64,000 bases of DNA from Malacoraja senta (lineage: Eukaryota), in contig CM075997.1 in assembly GCA_038087875.1 (NCBI GenBank), forward strand, positions 6,388,001 to 6,452,000, read 5' to 3'. Shown piece after piece: positions 53,950-64,000 of the stretch. The notes below the pieces were generated by a model, which worked only from the letters and a program-made list of their open reading frames with translations, made no database searches and was not told where the DNA came from. How positions within the stretch are numbered: position 1 is the stretch's first letter; every line of letters begins with the position of its first letter. A program made the translations under genes and the position numbers.

Positions 53950-54870
53950 TCCAAACTCTTCGTAAAATCGAAGTAGACAACATCCACCAATTCTCCTGCT
54001 TGTCACTTCATCAAAAAATTCCAACAGATTTGTCAGGTAAGATCTCCCTTTATAAAACCATGCTGACCAGCCTATTTTATTATGAGCTTCCACGTATCCT
54101 GAAAACTCCTCCTTAATAATTGACTCTAAAATGTTACCGACCACAGAAGTCTGTTTAACTGGCCTACAATTTCCTGTCTTTTGGCTTGCTCTCTTCTTCA
54201 ACAGTGGAGTTACATTTGTGGTTTTCCAGTCTGGAATCATTCCTGACTCTAGTAATTCCTGAAATCGCAACAGCTTTGGCGTTGCACAATGGCGTAGTGC
54301 CAGAGAACCCGGATTCAATCCTGACTATGAGTGCTGTTTGTTATGGAGTTTGTACGTTCTCCCTGGATTCAATCCTGACTATGAGTGCTGTTTGTTATGG
54401 AGTTTGTACGTTCTCCCTGTGACCACGTGGGTTTTCTCCAGCTACTCCCGTTTCCTACCACTTCAAAGAAGTGCAGGTTTTCAGATTAATTGGCTTTGGT
54501 AACATTTTAAATTGTCCCTCAGGCGTAGGATGGTGTTAGTGTAGGGGTATTTGCTGGTCGGCACGGACTCGGTGGGCCAAAGGGCCTGTTTCCCCACTGT
54601 TTATCTAAAATCTAAAGTCTAAAAAATGTCCAAAGCTATCTGTTTCAGGGCCGGGGGGTGGAGTCCACCTGGTCTAGGTGACTTATCCGCTTCAGACTCT
54701 TTCAGCTTCGCAAGCACCTTCTCCTCAGTATTATAACTGTGACAACACTCACTTCTGCCCCCCTGACCCTCTTGAACCTCTGGCACATTGCTGGTGTCTT
54801 CCACTGTGAAGACCGACACAAAAAATAGTTCAGTTCATCTGCCATGTGATTGTTTCCCATTACTACCTAT
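53950..54870 (-). mobile_element. Old CR1 RT fragment split by a SINE
   Basis: DKSPRPGGLHP and LTNLLEFF motifs. Confidence 0.75.
54280..54615 (+). mobile_element. HE1/V-SINE with an internal 54-bp tandem duplication
   Basis: B-box-like GGATTCAATCC, V-domain, duplication 54311-54364 / 54365-54418. Confidence 0.75.
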
Positions 54871-54921
54871 CTATCTTAATTTCCCGGCAGTCTGCCCCCC
54901 CACCCCCACCCTCATGACAGT

Positions 54922-54949
54922 CTGAAGAAGGGTCTCGACCCGAAACGTT
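54922..54949 (+). ncRNA. Minimal type I hammerhead ribozyme motif in a Penelope tail
   Basis: CTGAAGA-A-GGGTCTCGACCC-GAAA-CGTT. Confidence 0.65.
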
Positions 54950-55239
54950 GCCTATTCCCTTCGCTCCATAGATGCTGCCTCACCCGCTGAGTTTCACCAG
55001 CATTTTTGTCTACCTACTCTTGCTTCTGTTTAATTATATATCTGTAAAAACCTTTGGTATCCTCTTATGTTATTGAGCAGCATTTTATTTAGTTTTAGTT
55101 TAGTTTTGAGATAGAGTGCAAAAAGACCCTTCAGCCCACCGAGTCCAGCTAATCAATGATCAACCATATTGTAGTTCCAGCCTACACCCTGGAGACAATT
55201 TACAAAGCCAATTAACCAACAAACCTGCACATCTTTGGA

Positions 55240-55465
55240 ATAGACAATAGGTGCAGGAGTAGGCCATTCGGCCCTTTGAGCCAGCACCGCCATTCAATGT
55301 GATCATGGCTGATCATCCCCAATCAGTACCCCGTTCCTACCTTCTCCCCATATCCTGACTCCTCTATTTTTAAGAGCCCTATCTAGCTCTCTCTTGAAAG
55401 CATCCAGAGAACCTGCCTCCACTGCCCTCTGAGGCAGAGAATTCCACAGACTCACCACTCTGTGA
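55240..55465 (-). mobile_element. CR1 3' end
   Basis: LWNSLPQRAVEAG motif and CR1 3' UTR. Confidence 0.85.
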
Positions 55466-55878
55466 GAAATGTGGGAGCACCCAGAGAAATCCCACACAGT
55501 CATACAACAAACGTACAAACTCCGTACAGATAGCACTATAGTTAGCATTGAACTCGCATCTCTGATGCTGTTAGTTAGCAACTCAATCGTTGACCCGCTC
55601 TGTCCCCTGGAAGCGGCACTGTCACCTACCGTCACATTTCATCTTTTCTCTCCTTATTGCTTTTTTTGTCCTTCTCTATTGATTTTTAAAGGGTTCCCAA
55701 TCCTCCAGTTTCACACTAATCTTTGCCATATCACCTGCCTTAGCTTTTCGCTTCTATGCTGTGTTTGACTTGTTTTCTCAGTCACTGTGGCATCATTCTC
55801 CCTTTAGTATGTTGCTTTCTCTTTGGGATGAAAAGACCAGAGAAAAGTTCACATTTGTTTGTCACATGCACCCATTAA

Positions 55879-56556
55879 AGGGCCTGTCCCACTTGCGTGT
55901 CCTCGGGACCTTGTCGTCGCGTTGAGGCGCACGGGCATCGTGTGGCCGTGCGGGGCCGATCCCACTGAGAAGTGCGGAGGGGTATGGAGTTGTGCGCGAC
56001 ATCGCGCGGGGCTCCAAAATTTTTGTATCGAACAAAATCTTCGCGCGCCAACGGCCTGTCGCGGAACTGACGGCCAAAGTGGTACAGGCCCAAGACCCTG
56101 GCGCAACGCAACGTCTCACCTCCAACAGCAGCAGAAGCAGGCAAACGATCGTCGAACTCGACCAGGGGCTCACGGCCGTTGCGGTCCAGATCCGCCCCCA
56201 CTTCTACTCCCAGAGCGGGGCCAAGAAAATTGTAGACACAAATTGCTGGAGTAACTCAGCGGGACCGGCAGCATCTCTCGAGAGAAGCAAAGGGTGACGT
56301 TTCGGGTCGAGACCCTTCTTTCAGACTGAAGAAGAGTCTCGACACGAAACATCACCCATTGCTTCTCTCCAGAGATGCTGCCGGTCCCGCTGAGTTACTC
56401 CTGCATTTTGTGTCCATCTTCAAATGACTTCACGCGCTCCAGATGGCTGTGCGGGCGCATGAAATCGCGCGTGACGTTCGCAGGAGCGTTGCGCCTCAAC
56501 GCGACCACGAGGTCGCGTAATTAGCGTGCCAAGGACACGTAAGTGGGACAGGGGCT
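55879..56556. mobile_element. PIF/Harbinger-type MITE
   Basis: TIR AGGGCCTGTCCCACTT..AAGTGGGACAGGGGCT with TAA TSD. Confidence 0.85.
56232..56421. mobile_element. Head-to-head Penelope-tail palindrome inside the MITE
   Basis: Inverted ~90-bp arms meeting at TTCAGACTGAA. Confidence 0.8.
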
Positions 56557-57006
56557 TAAGGTACAGTGAAATGAGTTACCATGCAACCAAACAATCAAAA
56601 AGAGCACAATACACAATAGAATCTATCATAAACTTCCACCAGTCCAGGCTCTCACTTAACTTTTTTCCCCTGTTGCCAGCCGGGCAACCTCGGCAGCTTT
56701 TTAGGTTGCCAAATGACAGTTTAGGTGGTCATTTAAGACGGCTTGCATGACGCGTGCGAAAATGTGCTCGGACGAAGTGCGTAGTTACCATTCGGAATTT
56801 TGGTCAATGAAGCATTCATATATTATTTCTGCTTCAATAAACTCGCAAACTAAACATATTCACCAATCAAGACATGATATATAACACAATGACATGCAGC
56901 AAAATTATAATACAGTATCTCAACTCTTTTTACACGGTGCAATTAATGCAATTTCTATTATCTCCACTTCCAAACAAAAATCTGGTTGGATTATTCAGCG
57001 TATGAT

Positions 57007-58180
57007 CAACCTCGGTGAGATCAAGTGCAGGCTTGGCGATCGCTTCGCACAACACCTCCACTCAGTTTGCAACAACCTGATCTCCCGGTGGCTCAGCATT
57101 TCAACTCCCCCTCCCATTCCGAATCCGACCTTTCTGTCCTGGGCCTCCTCCATGGCCAGAGTGAGGCCCACCGCAAATTGGAGGAATAGCACCTCACATT
57201 TTGCTTGGGTAGTTAACACCCCAGCGGTATGAACATTGGCTTCTCCAATTTCAGGTAGTCCTTGCTTTCTCCCTCCTTCCCCTCCCATTCCCAGCTCTTC
57301 CACAGCCTACTGTCTCCACCTCTTCCTTTCCTTTTCCCGCCCCCCAACCCTCCCGACATCAGTCAGAAGAAGGGTCTCGACCCGAAACGTCGCCTATTCC
57401 TTCGCTACATAGATGCTGCCTCACCCGCTGATTTTCTCCAGCTTTGTCTACCAACGGGATCCATCACTGGCCACATCTTCTCATCTCCTCCCCTGTCGGC
57501 TTTCTGCAGAGACTGCTCCCTCCGTAACTCCCTGGTCAATTCATCCCTTCCCACCCAAACCACCCCCTCTCCTGGCACTTTCCCTTGCAACTGCAGGAAA
57601 TGCTACACTTGTCGCTTTACCTCCCCCCTTGACTCCATTTAAGGACCCAAGCAGTCTTTCCAGGTGCGGCAGGGGTTCACCTGCACCTCCTCCAACCTCA
57701 TCTATTGCATCCGCTGCTCTAGGTGTCAGCTGCCCTACATCGGTGAGACCAAGCGTAGGCTTGGCGATCGCTTCGCCCAACACCTCCGTTCGCAATAACC
57801 AACCTGATCTCCCGGTGGCTCAGCACTTCAACTCCCCTCCGATTCCGAATCCAACCTTTCTGTCCTGTGCCTCCTCCATGGCCAGAGTGAGGCCCACTGT
57901 AAATTGGAGGAGCAGCACCTCATATTTTGCTTGGCTAGTTTACACCCCAGCTGTATGAACATTGACCTCCAATTTCAGGTAGTCCCTGCTTTTTCCTCCG
58001 CTTCCATGTCTCCCTCAGCCCACTGTCTATGCCTCTTCCTTTTTTCTTCCCGCTCCCCCCCCCCCCCCCCATACCCTCACATCGGTCTGAAGAAAGGTCT
58101 CGACCCGAAACGTCGCCTATTTCCTTCGCTCCATAGATGCTGCCTCACCTGCTGAGTTTCTCCAGCATTTTTGTCTACCC
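57007..58180 (+). mobile_element. Penelope-like element 3' region in tandem (pseudo-LTR arrangement)
   Basis: NLIYCIRCSRC..YIGETKRRLGDRF GIY-YIG; each copy followed by a hammerhead motif (57364-57391, 58087-58114). Confidence 0.88.
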
Positions 58181-58182
58181 AT

Positions 58183-58400
58183 TCACACAAGTTCTGTTAT
58201 CCCACGTTCCTCACCCACTCCCTGCACATTAGGGGCAATTTTACAGAGACAAGTTAACCTACAAAGCCAATGCGTCTTTGGGATGTGGGGGGAAATGCAC
58301 ATGCTTGCAGGGAGAATGTGCAAATTAAACACAGTGCCCGAGAACAGGGTCGAACTCAGATCTCTGGCGTGTGAGGCAGCAAGTCCACCAGCTGTGCCAC
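58183..58400 (-). mobile_element. V-SINE-like fragment
   Basis: tRNA-like head GTGGCACAGCTGG and V-domain similarity. Confidence 0.6.
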
Positions 58401-58639
58401 TATATTTTATTTTCAACACAAAAAATTATACGTTGATAACTTTGGTTACTAAAAAAAAGAAACTATCCATTTTCAGTCTTAAATCTCTAAGTGACGCTAT
58501 GTCCCCTTTACAGCTACTGTATGTTTTAATTCAGTTCAAGACTATGGCGCAGTACATTGGCCTTAAAGTTGCAGCCTAAAATTGCCAGAGACACGGAATT
58601 GATCCTGAATATGGGTGCTGTATGGAGTTTTGTTTTCTC

Positions 58640-59345
58640 ATTTAACATTGTTTACAGAGTACTATGTTTACATATTCTGTTGTGCTGCTGCAAGTAAGGA
58701 TTTCATTGTTCAAACTGGGACGTGAGAGAATAACACACTCTTGACTTACATCGCTAATGTGTGGGATAGAACTAGTGTACGGGTGATCGGTGGTCGGCGT
58801 GGACTCGGTGGGCCGAAGGGCCTGTTTCCACACTGTATCTTTAAATTAAACTAAAAACACTAAAACCAGAGGAAATCTAAAGAAGGGTCTCTACCCGAAA
58901 CGTCACCCAATTTCTTCTATCGAGAGATGCTGGCTGCTCCATGGAGTTCCCCCGCACAATTAAAGCATGGAATAGTCTTCACCATAGGTACCCAACCAGA
59001 CGCAACTAAATTGACGGTGGCTCTTTTTTCCAAGAACCCTTTTTTGCTTAAGTCCAAGTCAAGAATCAAGAGAGTTTTATTGTCATGTGTCCCAGATAGG
59101 GCAATGAAATTCTTGCTTGCTGCAGCACAACATAATATGTAAACATAATACAGAACAGGAGATAAAAGTTCAGTGTGTCTATATACCATAGACCATATAT
59201 ATACACAATAAATAAACAGATTAAATGGAATAGGCTCTAATTTTTCAGAGTTTGGAGTTTGGTGGTGGTGGGCCCACCAGTTTAAATTCCATTTGGAATA
59301 ATTTTGGAGGGCCAGGAAACCAAGAAGCAAGAGTTACTCCAGGGA
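58640..59345. mobile_element. Mosaic of Rex1 tails, SINE end, Penelope tail and CR1-like tail
   Basis: Pieces match 149-360, 29750-29937 and other tails. Confidence 0.6.
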
Positions 59346-59544
59346 GTTAATCCAGCTCCAGACAGTGATTCAACGTTCGTTTCAGCGGTCGCGGTGAGGC
59401 GGCAACCGGACAGCAATGGCGGCCAGATCTCACACAATGCAAATGGAGGGAGAAAGTGGCCGACGCCAACCAGTTGCCGTGGCAGTGCACATGTGCAGGG
59501 CGGCACATGCGCACAACCACGGCCGATGATGTGCTGTATTTATT

Positions 59545-61952
59545 TAAAGCTCATTTTATGCCTTTAATTGACCATATTAAACATCAGTTTACTAAATGGT
59601 CACCAATGTCCTTATCCTTAATTGGCCGAATAAATGCTATTAAAATGTTCATTTTACCTAAATTTCTGTATTTATTTCAAATGATACCAATTTTTATTGC
59701 CAAATCTTTCTTTGGTATTATAGACTCCAAAATTTCTTCATATATATGGCAGAATAAAAATCCCAGACTAGGTAAAAAATACCTACAGAAATAAAAAGAA
59801 GTTGGTGGTTTGGCATTGACGAACATTAGACCCTACTCTTGGGCAGTCAATGTTCGTTATTTAACATTTTGGACAAAAGATTTAGAAGATACCCAATGCT
59901 CTGGATGGATAAACCTAGAATGTGATTCCTTACAAGGGCTATCATTGGCTTCTATTCTAGGGGCGTCGTTACCATATAACCATATAACAATTACAGCATG
60001 GAAACAGGGCATCCCGGCCCTTCAAGTCCATGCCGAACACTTTTTCTCCCCTAGTCCCATCTACCTGCACTCGGACCATAACCCTCCATTCCTTTCTCGT
60101 CCATATACCCATCCAATCTATTTTTAAATGATAAAATCTAACCTGCCTCCACCACTTCCACTGGAAGCTCATTCCACACAGCTACCACTCTCTGAGTAAA
60201 GAAGTTCCCCCTAATGTTACCTTTAAACTTCTGTCCCTTAAGTCTCAAGTCATGTCCTCTTGTTTGAATCTTCCTACTCTCAATGGGAAAAGCTTATCCA
60301 CGTCAACTCTGTCTATCCCTCTCATAATTTTAAAGACCTCTATCAAGTCCCCCCTTAACCTTCTGCGCTCCAAAGAATAAAGACCTAACTTGTTCAGCCT
60401 TTCTCTGTAATTTAGTTGCTGAAACCCAGGCAACATTCTCGTAAACCTTTTACAATTACGAGATTTAATAAATATACGACTAACCCAATAATAAGACATA
60501 CGTTCCGAATATGGTTTCAATTTCGTAAGTTTTTTGGACTAAATGATTTTATCTTATCGAGTTGTATTTTATCCAATTTTCTCTTCCAACCATCTAGTAC
60601 TGATCAAGTCTTTTTGTTATGGAAAAGGAAGGGATTAGTAGCTTTTCGTGATTTGTTTTTGGAGGGTTGTTTTATGGCTTTCGAACAACTATCCAATAAA
60701 TAAAACTTACCTAATTCACACTTTTTAAATATTTACAAATTAGACATTTTTGAAGACTACTCTACCCCTTTTTCCACTACCACATCAATCTGAAATTTTG
60801 GAATTTTTTTTACAGTTGAACCCTTATCAGAAAGGATTAATAACGACTATTTATGAGTTGATTTTGAAATTACAAATAGATACATTTGATAAAATTAAGA
60901 ATGACTGGGAAAGAGTACTCCAAATTACTTTATCTATAGAGAAATGGGAGAGGATTCTTCAATTAGTTAATACCTCTTCAATGTGTGCAAGACACGCTTT
61001 GATGCAATTTAAGGTGGTTCACAGAGCTCATATGTCAAAAGATACGTTAGCTCGTTTTAATGGTCATATAAATCCTACATGTGACAGATGTAACTCTGAA
61101 GTGGCCTCACTAACCCATATGTTTTGGTCCTGCCCTCTTTTGGAAAAATATTGGAAATAAATTTTTGATACTATTTCTGTAGTCTTAGGTATAGATTTAC
61201 AACCTCATCCTATTACTGCAATTTTTGGGTTACCAATGTTAGATTCTATTCAATTGTCCCGCTCCGCCCATCGGTTGATTGCTTTTACCACATTAATCGC
61301 CAGAAGATTTATTTTATTTAAATGAAAGATTCCAACCCTCCGACCACACTCCAGTGGTATTCTGAAACGATATCATGTTTAAATTTGGAAAAAATCAGAA
61401 GTGACATTGTTGAACCCTTGGTTAAATTTGATAAGACTTGGGGGAAATTTATTGAACACTTTCATACAACATAAATTGTTCCCTCTTTAGCCGTTATAAA
61501 AAATATTTTACCTCCATAGGGTGGAACGACTTGACGACAAACAGACTTAAATTGTTGAATTTCTCAGTTCAGATTCGGTTTTGCTTTGTTTTGTTTATTT
61601 ATTTATTTTATTTTTATTCTTATTTTATTATCAATTTTTCTTTAGTTTAGGGGGGTTTTGTTTTTTCCTTTTTTCTTTTTCTTTTTGTCTTTTTATCTTT
61701 GTGTTTTTTTTTACATTTATAAGTTTCCTTTTAAAGATTTAACTATATTTACATAGATACCGGGAGGTCTATATTCATTGTGTATTTTGACACTGGTCTC
61801 ATATTAGGTTATACTTGTTATTAATGTAATCCTGATGCCTATGTATCCATATCATTGTTATGTTTATCATTATTCTTTTGCTTTTTTTTTAATGTTTTAT
61901 TTTTGTTTTTGTGGGAAAAAAAACAATAAAAAGATTTTAAAAGAAAGAAAAG
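59545..61952 (+). mobile_element. L1 LINE ORF2 3' part and 3' UTR
   Basis: LSLIGRINAIKM..LPKFLYLFQ, CDRC..HMFWSC; T-rich UTR, AATAAA and A-rich tail. Confidence 0.9.
59969..60437 (-). mobile_element. CR1 3' end inserted in L1
   Basis: (GGTTATAT)n tail; similar to 9487-9980. Confidence 0.9.
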
Positions 61953-64000
61953 ATGCGCAGTTGGCACACTCCATCAGTCCTACCCCCCAAACCTCGGGGG
62001 CGGAAATAAACACCATTCATCCACCGGTAACCATGGAGGTAGGTGGGTCTGGTACTTTCCGGAACATATTGTGTATGGATCAGTTACAAGTTGGTGGGAG
62101 ATTGCACTCGTTTGTGAATGAATGGCGTTGGATAACATCAGATCCGTTTATACTGCACAGTATACAAGGGTTCAAAATCGAATTCCTTCTCAATTCGTTC
62201 CACCCACACAGCACCCACAACCGGACATTTGTTCTTTCACAACAGGATTGTTTGGATGTACAAGCTGAAATACAAAAAAGGGGTAATTGAGAAGTCGTGT
62301 CATGAGCTTCACCAATTTGTGTCTCAATATATTTACAAGGCAAAAGAAGGATGGAGGATGCCGAATCATCCTTGATTTGACTTGACCTAACTCCTTTGTG
62401 CAGTATAAACATTTCAAAATGGAAAACGTTGTTACTGCCAAACAACTGGTTTCCAAAGGATGTTACATGGCATGCATCGATCTTAAAGATGCATACTATT
62501 CGGTACCCATTCACTGCGATCACCGGAGATATTTGAAGTTTAGCTGGATGGGGCAACTGTGGCAGTTTAAAGCATTGCCTAATGGGTTAATTTCAGCCCC
62601 CAGATTATTTACAAAATTATTAAAACCGGTGCTGGGGCTACTCCGGGCTCAGAATCATATTGTGATGGCATACTTGGACGATATCCTAATCATAGGGTAA
62701 ACTGAAATTAGCTGAATTATCTGTTTCAGTTACTAAACTCATGTTTCAGAGATTGGGGTTTCTCATCCATCCAGTTAAATCCAAGTTGATACCATCTAGA
62801 GTTATTGATTATTTGGGATTTACCATTAACTCAATTCACATGTCTGTGACTCTGCCTTGGGGCAAGAGATTAGAATTAATAGAAGCCTGTAACAAACTCA
62901 TTGTTAAGGAGCAACATTCTATTCGACATGTAGCTAGTATAATTGGCAAATTAGTGGCTGCTTTTCCAGCTGCACAGTTTGGGCCTTTGCATTATCAAAA
63001 TTTACAATGTGCAAAGGAGCAGGCACTCAAATTAATTGCAGGTCACTTCAGTAGACCCATGCGGTTGCCAGCTGTAGCCATTGCTGAGTTACAATGGTGG
63101 ATGACGAATATTCGGCATTGCTCCAGTAAAACTTTGGTCGATCAACCTTCAGTTATTTTACAAACTGATGCTAGTGCTCTAGGATGGGGGGCTACTAATA
63201 CCATCTCTAGCTGTGGTGGCATGTGGAATGTGCATGAGTCATTCTTTCTTCAGTCACATGGTATTAACTACTTAGAGTTGTTGGGAGCACTCTATGGGCT
63301 GATGGCTTATTGTGGCAATATGCAACATTTGCATGTTCAACTTCAGATTGACAACTCTACAGCGGTGGCATACGTTAATCACATGGGTGGAATCAAGTCA
63401 GTATCCTGTGATAAATTGGCTAACCTTATTTGGCACTGGTGTATTACAAGAAACATTTGGGTTTCAGCTATCTACTTACCAGGTAGATTCAACATGGTGG
63501 CGGACACCAGGTCACGGAAATTTAATGACAACACAGAATGGATGTTGAATCATGAAGTGTTTAACGAAATTGTTGCTTGGTATGGCATACCGGATATCGA
63601 TTTGTTTGCATCCAGACTCAATTACCAATAACCAAAATATGTTTCATGGGAACCAGACCCAGGGGCAGTGGCAGTAGATGCATTCTCGCTACATTGGGGT
63701 GGAATGTTTTTGTATGTATTCCCCCCATTTTGCCTCATCAGTCGGTGCTTGCTTAAGATCAAGCAAGACTCAGCCTCAGGCATTTTGGTAGTACCTGACT
63801 GGCCTACACAGCCATGGTTCCCACTCGTTCTGGGAATGATAACACAGCCTTTTATGGCTGTCCCCAAACGCAGAAATCTGCTGATTCACCCTGTGATTGG
63901 GGAGAACCATCCACTACATGACCGAATTAATTTATTGGTTTGCAGATTCTGAGGAGACCGTTCCTGGGGCTCGGACTATCAGATCGTACAGTGGACGTGA
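61953..64000 (+). mobile_element. Second DIRS1-like element (RT-RH-MT), partial, runs off the window
   Basis: IDLKDAYY, YLDD, TDAS, DLFAS, YVFPPF; collinear with 26160-28220. Confidence 0.93.

Noticed and set aside
54311..54418. Direct repeats resembling a CRISPR array
   Set aside because: Two abutting copies with no spacers, inside a SINE, in eukaryotic DNA
56645..57006. Possible hAT-like transposon end (CAGGCTCTCACTTAAC)
   Set aside because: No matching second terminus or TSD found

Overview
Eukaryotic, repeat-dense DNA, most likely from a cartilaginous fish (skate/ray-like), inferred from HE1/V-SINE, CR1 and Penelope repeat content. The host genes are three head-to-tail H2B->H2A replication-dependent histone pairs with 3' stem-loops. 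Unit 1 (minus strand) is intact and has an N-terminally extended H2B. Units 2 and 3 (plus strand) are a segmental duplicate in decay. No H1, H3 or H4 was seen. There are also two degenerate tRNA genes (Gly-derived, Asp). Most of the rest is nested mobile DNA: a complete Gypsy LTR element, a full-length and a partial DIRS, CR1/L1/Tx1/Rex1 LINEs, ERV pol remnants, a Helitron, Harbinger/ISL2EU-type MITEs and many Penelope fragments. The most notable signals are about 17 minimal hammerhead-ribozyme motifs in Penelope-derived tails, including discrete ~90-bp TSD-flanked units and one insertion whose breakpoint matches the predicted cleavage site; a palindromic MITE with a THAP-domain remnant in both arms that hit two histone spacers independently; and unusual H2B variants. 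All calls are by eye with no database searches, and the boundaries of old repeats are approximate.
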